This document shows, piece by piece, positions 25,861-40,469 of a stretch of 64,000 nucleotides of DNA. The notes below the pieces were generated by a model that worked only from the letters and a program-made list of their open reading frames with translations, did not search any database and was not told the DNA's origin. The position numbers and the translations under genes were made by a program. Source of the stretch: the human T2T-CHM13v2.0 reference genome, Homo sapiens; the NCBI RefSeq assembly GCF_009914755.1, contig NC_060934.1; one strand, 5' to 3'. How positions within the stretch are numbered: position 1 is the first letter of the stretch; each line of letters opens with the position of its first letter.

Positions 25861-28800
25861 TGTAATGGAAACGAATGGAATGGAATGGGATAGAATGGAG
25901 CCAAATGTAATGGACTCAAATGGAATGGACTCAAACAGAATGAACTCAAAAGGAATGCTCTCAAATGGAATTTATTCGAATAGAATGTAATAGAATGGAA
26001 TGCAACATTATGCAATGGAATCAAATGGAATCCAATATTATGGAATGGAATTCAATGGAATAGAGTCGAATGGAATGGACTGGAATAGAATGGTCTCGAA
26101 TGAAATGGACTGCAATGTAATTGATTCAAATGGAATGGAATCGAATGTAAGGTAATCAAACTGATTGGAATGGAATGCAATGGAATGGAATTGAATGGAA
26201 TGCAATGGAATGGAAAGAGCAGAATCGAGTGGAATGGAATCAAATGGAATGGAATCGATTGGAATGGACTGGAATGTAACGGACTCAAATGGATTGGACT
26301 GGAACAAAATGCAATCGAACAGATTGGAATCGAATGGAAAAGAATGGAATGGAATGAAACGGAATGGAATGGAGTGGAATGGTATCGAATGGTATGGAGT
26401 TGAAAGGTATGGAATCGAATTAAATGGAATGAAATAGAATGGAATTGAAAGGAATCAAAAAAAGAATGGAATTGAGTGTAAAGGAAAGAAATCGAATGGA
26501 ATGGAAAGGAATGGATCAAACGGAATGTACTGGAATTGAACTGACGCTTATGTCATGGACTAGAGTGGAATGGACACGAATGGCATGGAAACGAATGGAA
26601 TGAAAAGGAATGGAATGGAAAGGAATACAATGGAATGGAATCGGATGGAATGGAATGGAATGGAAACGAATGGAAGAGAATTCAATGGAATGGCATCGAA
26701 TGGAATGGAAAGGAATGAACTGGAATGGACTCGAAAGGAATGGACTAGAATGGAATAGAATCAAATGGAATGGCATCGAATGGAATGGAATGGAATTTAA
26801 TGGAATGCAATGGAATGGAATGGACCCAAATGTAATGGACACGAATGGAATGGACTCAAATAAAATGGAATCGAATGGAAGGGACTCGAATGGAATTTAT
26901 TCGATTAGAATGGAATTGAATGGAATGCAATAGTATGGAATGGAATCGAATGCAATGGAATCGAATGGAGTAGACTGGAATGGAATGGACTCGAATAGAA
27001 CGGACACGAATATAATGGATTACAATGTAGTTGTTACGAATGGATTGGAATCCAATGGAATGTTATCAAATGGAATGGAATGGAATGCAATGGAATGGAA
27101 TGGAAAGGAATGGAATGCATTGGAATGGAATACAGTGGAATGCAATGGAAAGGAACGGAGTGGAATCAAGTGGAATGGAATCAAAGGGCATGGAATGGAA
27201 TCGAATGGAATGGAATCCAATGGAATGGTCTGGAAGAAAATGGAATGATACGGACTGGGAACGAACGGAAGAGAATGGAATGGAATGGAATGGAGTGTAA
27301 TGCAAAGACATCGAAAGGAATGCAATGGAAGGGACTCGAATGGAATGGAATGGAATGGAATGAAATGGACTCGATTGGAATGGACTGGAGTGGAATGGAC
27401 TCGAATGGACTGGAGACGAATGGAATGCAAAGGAATGGAATGGAATGGAATGGAAAGGAATAGAAGGGAATGCAATCGGATGGAACGGAAAGGAATGAAA
27501 TGCTGTCGAATGGAATACAATCGAATGGAATGGCATCGAAAGGAATGGAATGGAATGGAATGGACTCAAATAGAATGGACTCAAAATGAATGGTCTCAAA
27601 TGTAATTTATTCGAATAGAATGGAATCGAAAGGAATGCAATAGTATGAAATGGAATCGAATGGAATGGAATTGAACGGAATGGAACGGAATGGAAAGGAC
27701 TGGAATAGAACCGACACAAATGTAATGGATTGCAATGTAATTGATTCAAATGGAATGGAATCGAATGGAATATCATTGTATTGGATGGAAGGGAATGCAA
27801 TGGAATGGAATAGAATGCAATGCAAAGGAAAGGAACGGAGTGGAATCAAGTGTACTGGAATTGAATGGAATGGACTAGAAAGGAATGGACTCGAATGGAA
27901 TGGACTCAAATGGAATAGAATACAATGGAATGGCATCGAATATAATGGAATAGAAAGGATAAGAATGGAATGCAACCAAAAGTAATGGACTCGAAAGGAA
28001 TGGACTCAAATAGAATACACTCGAATGGAATGGTCTCAAATGGAATTTATTCGAATAGAATGGAATCGAATGGAATGCAATAGTATGGAATGGAGTCGAA
28101 TAGAATGGAATCGAATGAAGTGGATCGTAATGGAATGGACTGGAACAGAACAGACTCAAATGTAATGGATTGCAATATAATTGACTGGAATGGAATGGAA
28201 TCGAAAGGAATGTAATCAAAAGTAACAGAATGGAATACAATGGAATGGAATAAAATGTAATGCAATGGAATGGAATGGAGTAGAATCGAGTGAAATGGAA
28301 TCGAGTGGAATGGAATCGATTGGAATGTACTGGAATGGAGTGGACCGATATGGAATGGACCCGAATGGATAGGACTGGAACAAAATGGAATTAAACACAC
28401 TGGAAAGGAATGGAACAGAATGGAATGGAATGAACTCGGGTGGCATGGAGTCAAAAGGAATGGAACCGAATGGAATGTAATTGAAAGGAATTGAAAGGAA
28501 TAGAAGGGAATGAAGTGTAATGGAAAGTTATTGAATGGAATGCAAAGGAAATTAATGGAGTCGAAAGGAATGGACTGGAAAGGAATGAAATCGAATGTAA
28601 TGGACTGGAGTGGAATGGAAATGAATGGAATGGAAACGAATGGAATGGAATGAAAATGAAGAGAATGGAATGGAATCGGATGGGATGGAATCGAATGAAA
28701 TGGTGTCGAATAGAATAGAATCAAATGGAATGGCATCGGAAGGAATGGAATGGAATGGAATGGACTCAAATAGAATGGATTCAAAATGAATGGTCTTGAA

Positions 28801-31800
28801 TGTAATTTATTCGAACAGAATGGAATTGAAAGGAATTCAATAGTATGGAATCGAATCGAATGGAATGGAACTGAACGGAATGGAATGCAATGGAAAGGAC
28901 TGGAATAGAACGGACTCGAATGTAATGGATTGCAATGTAATTGATTCAAATGGAATGGAATCGAATGGAATATCGTATGGGATGGAATGGAATGCAATGG
29001 AATGGAATAGAAGGCAATGAAAAGGAAAGGAACGTAGTGGAATCGAGTGTAATGGAATCGAATGGAATGGAATCGAATGGAATGGAATCGAATGGAATGT
29101 ATTGGAACAAAATGGAAATGAACCGACTTGAATTGAATGGAACGGAATGGAGTGTAATGGAATCGAATGCAATGGAATCGAATGGAATGGAATTGAATGG
29201 AATAGAAAGGAATAGAATGGAATTGAATGTAATGGAACAATATGGAATGAAATGAAATGGAAAGGAATGGACTCGAATGGAATGGACTGGAAAGGAATGG
29301 ACTCGAATGGAATGGAATGTACTGGAGTGGATTTGAATGGAATGGATATGAATGGAATACACTGGAATGGAAAAGAATAGAATGGAATGGAATCAGATGG
29401 AATGGAATGGACTCAAATGGAATGGACTCAAATTGAATAGAATAGAATGGAATGGCTTCGAATGGAATGGAATGGAGGGGAGTGTAATGGAAAGATAGCG
29501 AAAGGAATTTCATGGAATGCAATGGACTCCAATGGAATGGACTGGATTGGAATTTAATGGAATGGAATTGACTGGAGTGGAATGGATTCGAATGGAATGG
29601 AATGGAATGGACTTGAATGAAATGGACTGTATTGGAATTTACTCGAATGGAATGGACTGGAGTGAAATGCACTTGAATGGAATGGAAACAAATGGAATGG
29701 AATGGAATGGAATGAAAAGGAATAGAATGGAATGGAATCAGATGGAACGGAATGGAATGTAATGGAGTCGAATGGAATAGAATCGAATGGAATTTCATTG
29801 AATGCAATGGAATGGACTCGAAAGGAATGGACTCGAATGGAATAGAATACAATGGAACAGCATCGAATATAATGGAATAGAATGGAATGGAATGGAAGGG
29901 ACTCAAATGTAATGGACTCGAAAGGAATGGACTCAAATAGAATGCACTTGAATGGAATGGTCTCGAATGGAATTTATTCGAATAGAATGGAATCGAATGG
30001 AATGCAATAGTATGGAATGGAATCTAATAGAATGGAATAGAAAGAAATGGATCGGAATGGATTGGACTGGAATAGAACGGACTTGAATGTAATGGATTGC
30101 AATGTAATTGATTGGAATGGAATGGAATCGAATGGAATGTAATCAAACGTAATGGAATGGAATGCAATGGAATGGAATAAAATGGAATGCAATGGAATGG
30201 AATGGAGTGGAATCGAGTGGAATGGAATCGATTGGAATGGAATCAATTGGAATGGACTGGAATGGAATGGACTGTTATGGAATGGACTCAAATGGATAGG
30301 ACTGGAACAAAATGGAAACGAACGCATTGGAATGGAATGGAATGGAATGGAATGAAGGAATGGAATGGAAAGAACTCTAGTGGAATGGAGTCAAAAGGAA
30401 TGGAACCAAATGGAATTTAATTGAAAGGAATAGAAAGGAATAGTAAGGAATGAAGTGTAATGGAAAGTTGTCGAATGGAATGCAAAGGAATTTAATGGAG
30501 TCGAAGGGAATGGACTGGAATGGAATGGAATTGAATGGAACGGAGTGGAGTGGAATGGACTCGAATGAAATGGAAATGAATGGAATGGAATGGAATGGAA
30601 TGGAATGGAATGGAAATGAATGGAATGGAATGGAATGGAATGAAAATGAATACAATGGCATGGAATCGGATGGAATGGAATGGAATGAAATGGACTCGAA
30701 TGGAATAGAGTCGAATTTAATGGCATCGAAAGGAATTTAATGGAATGGAGTGGATTCGAATGGAATGGACTCGAGTGGAATAGAATAGAATGAAATGGCA
30801 TCGAATGGAATGGAATGGAATGGAATGGAGTGGACCCAAATGTAATGGACTCAAATGGAATGGACTCAAATAGAATGGACACGAAAGGAATGATGTCGAA
30901 CGGAATTTATTCGAATAGAATGGAATCGAATGCAGTGCAATAGTATGGAATGTAACCGAATGGAATGCAATCGAATGGAATGGAACAGAATGGAATGGAC
31001 TTTAATAGAATAGACTCGAATGTAGTGGATTTCAAAGTAATTGACTTGAATGGAAAGGAAGCAAATGGAATGTAATCAAATGTAATACAATGGAATGAAA
31101 TGGAATGGAATAGAATGGAATGCAATTGAACGAAACAGAGTAGAATGGAGTGGAATGGAATCGAATGGAATTGAATGGACTCGATTAGAATGGAGTAGAA
31201 TGGAGTGGAATAGAACAGAATGGAAACGAATAGAATGGAATTGAATGGAATCGAAGGGAATAGAATTGAATGGAGTGTAATGGAAAGATATCTAAAGGAA
31301 TGGAATGGAATGGAATAGCATGGAATTGTCTGGAATGGAAAGGACTCGAATGGAATGGACAGGTGTGGAATGGACTAGAATGGAATGGAAACAAACGGAG
31401 TTGTATGGAATGGAATGGAATGAAAAGGAATAGAATGGAATGGATTGTAATGGAATGATATCGAATGGAATGGAATGGGCTCGAATTCAATGGACTGGGA
31501 TGGAATGGACTCGAATGGAATGGACTGGAGTGGAATGGACACGAATGGAATGGAAACGTATGGAATGGAATGGAATGGAATTGGATGGAAAGGAAAGGCA
31601 ATGGAATGGAGTTGAATGGAATAGATTCGTATGGAATGACATCAAACGAAATGGAATATAACGCAATGGAATGGAATGGAATGGAATGGAAGGGACTCGA
31701 ATGGAATGGACTCGAATGGAATAGCATCGATTGGAATGTCATCAAATGGAAGGGACCCAAATGTAATGGACTCGAATGGAATTGACTCAAATATAATGGA

Positions 31801-34800
31801 CTTGAAAGAAATGGTCTCGATTGGAATATATTCGAAAAGAATGGAGTCGAATGGAATGCCATGGTATGGAATGGAATCTAATGGAATGGAATCGAATGGA
31901 ATAGAACCGAATGGAATGCACTTTAATGGAATGGACTCGAATGGAAGGGAATGGAGTGGAATGGACTCGAATGCAATGGAAACGAATGGAAAGGAAAGGA
32001 ATGGAAAGGAATAGAATGGAATGGAATTGGATGGAATGGTATGGAAAGGAATGGAATCGAATGGAATAAAATCGAATGGAATGGCATCAAATGGAATGGA
32101 ATGGAATCGAATGGAATTGAATGGAATCGAATGGAATGGAGTCGAAAGGTATAGAATCAAATGGAATGGCACCGAATGGAATGGAATGGAATGGAATGTA
32201 ACCAAATGTAATGGACTCGAATGGAATAGACTCAAATAGAATGGACTCAAAAGGAATGGTCTCGAATGGAATTTATTCGAATAGAATGGAATTGAATGGA
32301 ACGCAACAGTATTGAATGTAATTAAATGAAATGGACCGGAATGGAATAGACTGGAACAGAACGGGCTCAAATGTAACGGAATGCAATGCAATTGATTTGA
32401 ATTTAGTGGAATCAAACGCAATGAAATCAAATGGAATGGAATGGTTTGCAATGGCATGGAATAGAATGCAATGCAATGGAATGTAACGGAGTGGAATTAA
32501 ATCGAATGGAATGGATTTGAAAGAATGGAATCAAATGGAATGGACTCGAATGCATTGGAATGGAACAAAATGGAATAGAATGGATTGGAAATGAACGGAA
32601 TGGAACGGAATGGAATGGAGTGGAATAGACTCGATTGGAGTGGAGTCAAATGGAATTTAACCGAATGGAATGGAATGCAATTGAAAGGAATCAAAATGAT
32701 TAGAATGGATTGGAGTTTGATGGAAAGATATGGAATGGAATGGAATGCTATGGACTCTAATGGAATGGACTGGAATGTAATACACATGAACGGAATGGAC
32801 TGGAGTGGAATGGTCTTGAACGGAATGGAATGGAATGGAAAGGAATGGAATGGAATGGAAAGGAATGGAATGCAATGGAATGGAATGGAATGGAATTGGA
32901 TGGAACGGAATGGAAAGGAATGGAGTTGAATGAAATATAATCCGATGGAATGATATGTAATGGAATTGCATGGAATGGAACGGACTCGAATGGAATGGAC
33001 ACGAATAGAATAGAATAGAATGGAATGGCATCGAATGGAATGGAATGGAATAGAATGGAGTGGACCCAAATGTAATGGACTCCAATGGAATGGACTCAAA
33101 TAGAATGGAATCAAAAGGAATGGTCTCGAATGGAATTTATTAGAAAAGAATGGAATTGAATGGAATACAGTAGTATGGAATGGAATCGAATGGAACGGTA
33201 TCGAATGGAAGGGACCACAATGGAATCGAATGGAATAGAATGGACTTGAATGTAATGGATTGCAATACAATAGAATCGAATGGAATGGAATCGAATGGAA
33301 TGTAATCAAATGGAATTGAATGGAAAGCAATGGAATAGAATATAATGGAATTCAATGGAAAGGAATAGAATGGAATGCAATGGAATGGAACAGAGTGGAA
33401 TCAAGTGGAATGGAATCGAATGGAATGGAATCGAATGGAATGGACTGGAGAGGAATGCAATTGAATGGAATGGAATTGAACAAAATGGAATTGAAATGAT
33501 TGGAATCGAACAGAACGGAATGGAAGGGAATGGAATGGAATGGAAAGGAAAGGAATGGAATGGAAAGGAAAGGAATGGAATCAAAACAAATGGAGTCGAA
33601 TGGAATGGAATCGAATGGAATGGAATTGAATAGAATGGAATTGAATGGAAATGAAAGGAATAGAACGGAATGGAGTGTGATGGAAATATTTCAAATGGAT
33701 TGGAATGGAATGGACACAAATGGAAGAAGTGGAATGGAATGAACTCGAAGGAAGTGGGTGGGAGTGGAATGAACTAGAATGGATTGGAAACGAATGGAAT
33801 GGAATGGAACGGAAAGGAATAGAGTGGAAGGGAATCGGATAGAATGGAACAGAATGGAATGGAGACAATGGAATAGAATCGAACGGAATGGCATCGAATG
33901 GAATGGAATGGAATGGACTCGAATGGAATGGACTCGAATGGAATAGAATCAAGTGGAATGTCATCGAATGCAATGGAATGTAATGGAATGGACTCGAAAC
34001 GAGAGGCCTGGAATGGAATGGACTAGAATGGCATGCAAAAGAATCGAATGGAATGGAATGGAATTTAATGGAATGGAAAGTAATAGAATGGAACAGAATC
34101 GGATGGAACGGAATGGAATGGAATGGAGTCAAATGGAATAGAATCGAATGGAATGGCATCACGTGGAATGGAATGGAATGGAATGGAATGGACTCTAATT
34201 TAATGGAAACGAATGGAAAGGAATGGACTGGAATGGAATGGACTAGAATGGAATAGAATAGAAAGGAATGGCATTGAATGGAATGGAATGGATTGGAATG
34301 GAATGGACACAAGTGTAATTGACTCGAATGGAATGGACTCAAATAGAATGGAATCAAAAGGAATGGTCTAGAATGGAATTTATTTGAACAGAATGGAATC
34401 GAATGGAATGCAATAGTATGGAAGGGAATCAAATGGAATGGAATTGAATGGAATGGACTGGAATGGAATGGACTGGAATAGAATGGACTCGAAAGTAAAG
34501 TATTGCAATGTAATTGATATGAACGGAATGGAATCGAATGGAATGAAATCCAATGGAATGGAAAGGAATGCAATGGAACGCAATAGAATGGAATGCAATG
34601 GAATGGAACGAAGTGGAATTTAATGGAATGGAATCAAATGAAATGAAATCGAATAGAATGGACTCAAAAAGAATGGAATGGAATGGAATGGACTCGAGTG
34701 TAATGGACTGAAACAAAATGGAATCGAACGGATTGGAATTGAAAGGAACGGAATTGAATGGAATGGAAGAGAATGGACTTGAATGGAATGGAGTCGAATG

Positions 34801-35593
34801 GAATGGAACCGAATGGAATGGAATTGAAAGGAATCGAAAGGAATAGAATGGAATGGTGTGTCGTGGAAAGATATTGAATGGAATGGAAGGAATGGAAAGG
34901 ACTCGAATGGAATGGACTGGAATGGAGTGGATTTGAATGGAATGGCCTGGAGTGGCAAGGACTCGAATGGAATGGAAACGATTGGAATGGAATTGAAAGG
35001 AATAGAATGGAATGGTATCGGATGGAACTGAATGGAATGGAATGGAGTCGAATGGAATAGAAATGAAGGAAAGGGCATGGAATGCAATGGAATGGAATGG
35101 CCTCGAATGAAATGGAATCGAATAGAATAGAATTAAATGGAATGACATAGAATGGAATAGAATGGAATGGAACCGAATGGAATGGAATGGACTCGAATGG
35201 TATGGAATCGAATGGAAAGGAAATGAATGAAATGGAATCGAAAGGAATAGAAAGCAATGGAGTGTCATGGAGAGATATCGAATGGAATGGAATGGAGTCG
35301 AATGGAATGGACTGGAAGGTAATGGAATCGAATGGAATGGACAGGAGTGGAATGGACTCGAATGGAATGGAAACAAATGGAAACAAATTGAATGGAAGGG
35401 AATGAATGGAAAGGAATAGAATGCAATGGAATCGGATGGAAAAGAATGGAATGGAAAGGAGTCGAATAGAATAGGATAAAATGGAATGACATCGAACGGA
35501 ATGGAATGGAACAGAATGGAATTAAATGGACTCGAATGGAATTGGCTCGAATGGAATAGAATCAAATGGAATGGGATCGAATGGAATAGAATA

Positions 35594-36553
35594 GACCAAA
35601 ATGTAATGGACACAAATGGAATAGACTCAAATAATATGGACTCGAAAGTAATGGTCTCGAATGGAATTTATTTGAATAGAGTTGAATCGAATGGAAGGCA
35701 ATAGTATGGAAAGGAATAGAATTGAATGGAATGGAGTCGAATGGAATGGACTGGAATAGAACGGACTCAAATATAATGGACTGCAATGTAATTGATTCGA
35801 ATGCAATGGAATCGAATGGAATGTAAGCAAATGGAATGGAATGGAATGCAAAACAATGGAAGAGAATGGAAAGCAATTCAATGGAACAGAGTGGAATCGC
35901 GTGGAATGGAATAGAATGGAAGGGAATTGAATGGAAGGCAATCGATTGGAATGGACTGGAAAGGAATAGACTGGAATGTAATGGAATCGAATTGAAAGGA
36001 ATCGAATAGAATGCAATAGATTGGAATGGACTGGAATGGAATGGACTCGAATGGAATCTACTGGAACTAAATGGAATCGAACGGATTGGAATCGAGCAGA
36101 ACGGAATGTTATGTAATGGAATGGAATGGACTCGAATGGAATGGAGTCGAATGGAATGGAACAGAATGGAATGGGATCGAATGGAAAGGAATTGAATGGA
36201 ATCGAAGGGAATAGAATGGAGTGGAGTGTAATGGAAATATTTCAAATGAAATGGAATGGAAAGGACTCAAATGGAATGGACTGGAATGTAATGGACTCGA
36301 ATGTAATGGACTGGAGAGCAATGGAAACTAAAGGAATGGAAACGAATGGAATGGAATGAAATGAAATGGAATAAAATGGAATGAAATCGGATGGAACAGA
36401 ATGGAAAGGAATGGAGTTGAATGGAATAGAATCGAAAGGAATGGCATCAAAAGGAATGGAATGGAATGAAGTGGAATGGACTCGAATGGAATGGAGTAGA
36501 ACGGTAGAGAATCAAATGTAATGGCATCGAAAGGAATAGAATGGAATGGAATC
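35594..36553 (-). repeat. Representative ~1 kb higher-order module of the array (one of about 65)
   Basis: The span runs from one GACC(C/A)AAAT landmark (35594) to the next (36554), 960 bp. It carries, with local variants, the consensus motif order on the GGAAT strand: GACCCAAATGTAATGG > GGTCTCGAATGGAATTTATTCGAATAG > GCAATAGTATGG > GGATTGCAATGTAATTGATTCG > GAGTGGAATCGAGTGG > GGAACAAAATGG..CGGATTGG > GGAGTGTAATGGAAAGATATCG > GGAAACGAATGG > GGAATCGGATGGAAC > GGCATCGAATGG. Confidence 0.8.
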
Positions 36554-37899
36554 GACCCAAATATAATAGACTCGAAAGGAATCAACTCAAATAGAATGGA
36601 CTCGAAAGGAATGGTCTCGAATGGATTTTATTCAAATAGAATGGAATCGAATGGAATGCAATAGTATGGAATGGAATCGAGTGGAATGGAATAGAATGGA
36701 ATGGACCGGAATGGAAAGGCCTGGAATAGAACGGACTCGAATGTAATGGATTGCAATGTAATTGATTGGAATGGAATGGAATTGAATGGGATGTAATCAA
36801 ATGGAATGGAATGGAATGCAATGGAATACAATAGAATGGAATGAAATGGAAAGGAACGCAGTGGAATAGAGTGGAATGGAATCGAAAGGAATGGAATCCA
36901 ATGGAATGGTATCTAATGGAATGGACTGGAATGGTATGGACTCGAATGGAATGGACTGGAACAAAATGGAAACAAACGGATTGGAATTGAAAAGAACCGA
37001 ATGTAATCGAATGGAATGGAATAGAGTCAAATGGAATGGAATCGAAATTATTGGAATTGAATGCAATGGAATTGAATGGAATCGAAAGTAATATAATACA
37101 ATGGAGTGTAATGGAAAGGTATTGAATGTAATGGAATGGAGTAGAATTGATATAAATGAAATGGACTGGAATGCAGTGGAATGAACACGAATGGAATGCA
37201 AACGAATGGAATGGAATGGAATGGAATGGAAAGGAATAGACTGGAATGGAATAGGATGGAATGGAATGAAATGGAATGGAGTCGAATGGAACAGAATCGA
37301 ATGGAATTGCATCGAATGGAATGGACTGGAATGGAATGGAAATGACTCGAATGAAATGGAAACAAGTGGAATGGAATGGAATGGAATAGAATGGAATGGA
37401 ATCGGATGGAAAGGAATGGAAAGGAATGGAATGGAGTCGAATGGAATAGAATCGAATGGAATGGAATGGAATGGACTCGAATGGAATGGACCCGAATGAA
37501 ACAAAATCGAATGGAATGGCATGGAATGGAATGGAATGTAACGGAATGGAATGGAATTGTATGGAATGGAATGGAATGGAATGGAATGGAATAGAATGGG
37601 ATGCAATGGACAGGAACGGAGTGGAGTTGAGAGAAAGAAATCAAATGGAAATGAATCGAATGAAATGGATTTGAATGGAAAGGAGTGTAATGGGATGGAC
37701 TCGAATGGAATGGACTGGAACAAAACGGAATCATCCGGATTGGAATAGACAGGCACTGAATGGAATGGAATGGACTCGAATGGAATGGAATCGAATGGAA
37801 TGGATTTGAATTGAATGCAAAGGAATAGAATGGAATGGAGTCTAATGGAAAGATATCGAATGGAAAGGATTGGAATGGAATGGACTCGAATGGAATGGA

Positions 37900-38520
37900 C
37901 AGGAATGGAGTGGACACGAATGAAATGTAGTGGAATGCAATGTACCCCAATGGAATGGAAAAGAATGGAATGGAATGGAATGGAATGGAAAGGAATAGAA
38001 TGGAATGGAATTGGATGAAATGGAAGGGAAAGGAATGGAGTCGAATGGAATAGAATCTAATGGAAAGTTATTGAATGGAATGGAATGGAATCGAATGGAA
38101 TGGAATCAAATGTAATAGAATCGAATGGAATGGAAGTGAACGGAATCGAATGGAATGGAATGTTATGGAGTGATATGGAAAGATATAGAATGGAATGGAA
38201 TGGAGTCGAAAGGAATGGACTGTAATGGAATGGACGCGAATGAAATGTCATGGAATGGAATGTACCCCAATGGAATGGAAACGAATGGAATGGAAAGGAA
38301 TAGAATGGAATGGAATTGGATGGAATGCAAGGGAATGGAATGGAGTTGAATGGAATAGAATCGACTGGAAAGTCATTGAATGGAATGCAATGGAATCGAA
38401 TGGAATGGAATCCAATGTAATAGAATCAAATGGAATGGAATTGAATGGAATCGAATGGAATGGAATGGTACAGAGTTTTATGGAAATATATAGAATGGAA
38501 TGGAATGGACTCGAATGCAA
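37900..38520 (-). repeat. ~305-320 bp diverged tandem duplication
   Basis: TGTACCCCAATGG at 37941/38261 and GGAAAGT(T/C)ATTGAATGG at 38062/38367. The paralogous region near 55.5-55.7 kb appears to hold a single copy. Confidence 0.75.
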
Positions 38521-39476
38521 TGGACTGGAATGGAATGGACTCGAATGGAATGTACTAGAATGGAAAGGACTCGAATGGAATGGAAACGAATGGAAAGGAA
38601 CGGAAGGGAAAGGAATAGAACAGAATGTAAATGGATGGAATTGAATGGAAAGGAATGGAGTCTAATGGAATGGACCCTAATGGAATGTATTCGAATGGAA
38701 AGGACAGGAGTGGAATGGAATCGAAGGCAGTGCAAACGAATAGAATGAAATGGAATGGAATGGAATGGAAAGGAATGGAATTGAAAGGAATACATTGGAA
38801 TGGAATCTGATGGAATGGAATTAAATGAAATGGAGTCTAATGGAAAAGAATCAAGTTTAATGACATCAAATTAAATGGAATGGAATCGAATGGAATGGAA
38901 TTGAATGGAATGGAATTGAATGGAATGGACTCTAATGGAATGGACTCGAATGGAATGGACTGCAACAAAGTGGAATCTAAAAGATTAGAATGGAACGGAA
39001 CGAAATGGAATGGAATGGAATGGAATGGACTCGATTGGAACGTAGTCGAATGGAATGGGATTGATTGGAATGGAATCGAACACAACGAAATTGAACGGCT
39101 TTGAAAGGAATAGAATGGAATGGAGTGTAATGTAAAGATACCGAATGGAATGGAATGGACTCGAATGTTATGGACTTGAATGGAATTGACTCGAATGGAA
39201 AGGACTGCAGTGGAATGGACTGGAATGGAAGGGAAACGACTGGAATGGAATGCAATGGAATGGATTGGAATGGAATAGAATAGAATGGAATTGGATGGAA
39301 AGGAATGGAATGGAATGGAGTCAACAGTAATGTAATCAAATGAAATGGAATGAAATGGACTCGAATTGAATGGACTCAAATGGAATTGAATGGAATGGAA
39401 TGTCATTGAATGGTATGGATTGGAATGGAATTGAATGGAATGGAATCGAATGGAATGGACTGGAATGGAATGGAAT

Positions 39477-39685
39477 GGAATAGGAAATATACGAATGTAA
39501 TGAATTGAAACGTAATTGATTCAAATGGAATGGACTCAAAAGGAATGGTCTTTAATGGAATTTATTCGAAAAGAATGGAATCGAATGGAATGCAGTAGTA
39601 CGGAATGGAATGGAATGGAATGGAATAGGAAATATATGAATGTAATGAATTGAAACGTAATTGATTCGAATGGAATGGACTCAAA
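39477..39685 (-). repeat. ~64-bp direct repeat with 145-bp spacing flanking a module landmark
   Basis: TAGGAAATATA(C/T)GAATGTAATGAATTGAAACGTAATTGATTC(A/G)AATGGAATGGACTCAAA at 39481 and 39626. Confidence 0.85.
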
Positions 39686-40407
39686 TGGAAAGTAATTAAA
39701 TGGAACAGAATGGAATGCAATGGAATGGAATACAATGGAATGCAATGGAATGGAACAGAGTGGAATTGAGTGGAATGGAATGGAATGGAATGGAATAGAA
39801 TGGAATTAAATGGAATGGACAGGAACAAAATGGAAACAAAAGGACTGGAATCGAATGGAATGGAATTGACTCCAATGAAATGGAATTGAATGGAATGGAA
39901 CTGAATGGAATGGAATTGAATGGAGTGGAATTGAATGGAATTGAAAAGAATAGAATGGAGTGGAATGTATTGGAAATATATCGAATGGAATGGAATGGAA
40001 CGGACTCGAATGGAATGGACTGGAATATACCGGGCACGAATTTAATGGATTGTAGTGGAATGGACACGAATGGAATGGAAATGAAAGGAATACAAGGGAA
40101 TGGAATTGAAAGGAATGGAATTCAATAGGATGTAATGGAATGGAATGGAATGGAGAGGAAGGGAATAGAATCAAATGGAATGGCATCAAATGGAATGGAA
40201 TTTAATGGAATGGACTCGAATGGAAATGACTGGAACAAAATGGAATGGAAAGGGCTGGAATTGAATGGAATGGAATGGAATGGAAAGGAAGGGAATACAA
40301 TGGAATGGAGTAGAATGGAATGGAACCAAATGGAAAGGAATCAAATGGAATGGAATTGAATTGAATCAAATAGAATAGAATGGAATGGAGAGTAATGGAA
40401 AGATACC

Positions 40408-40469
40408 GAATGGAATGGAATGGAATGGAATGGAATGGAATGGAATGGAATGGAATGGAATGGAATGGA
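40408..40469 (-). repeat. Pure (GGAAT)~12 tract
   Basis: Uninterrupted pentamers over 62 bp, among the longest perfect runs I saw. A similar run lies at 44507-44567. Confidence 0.85.
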
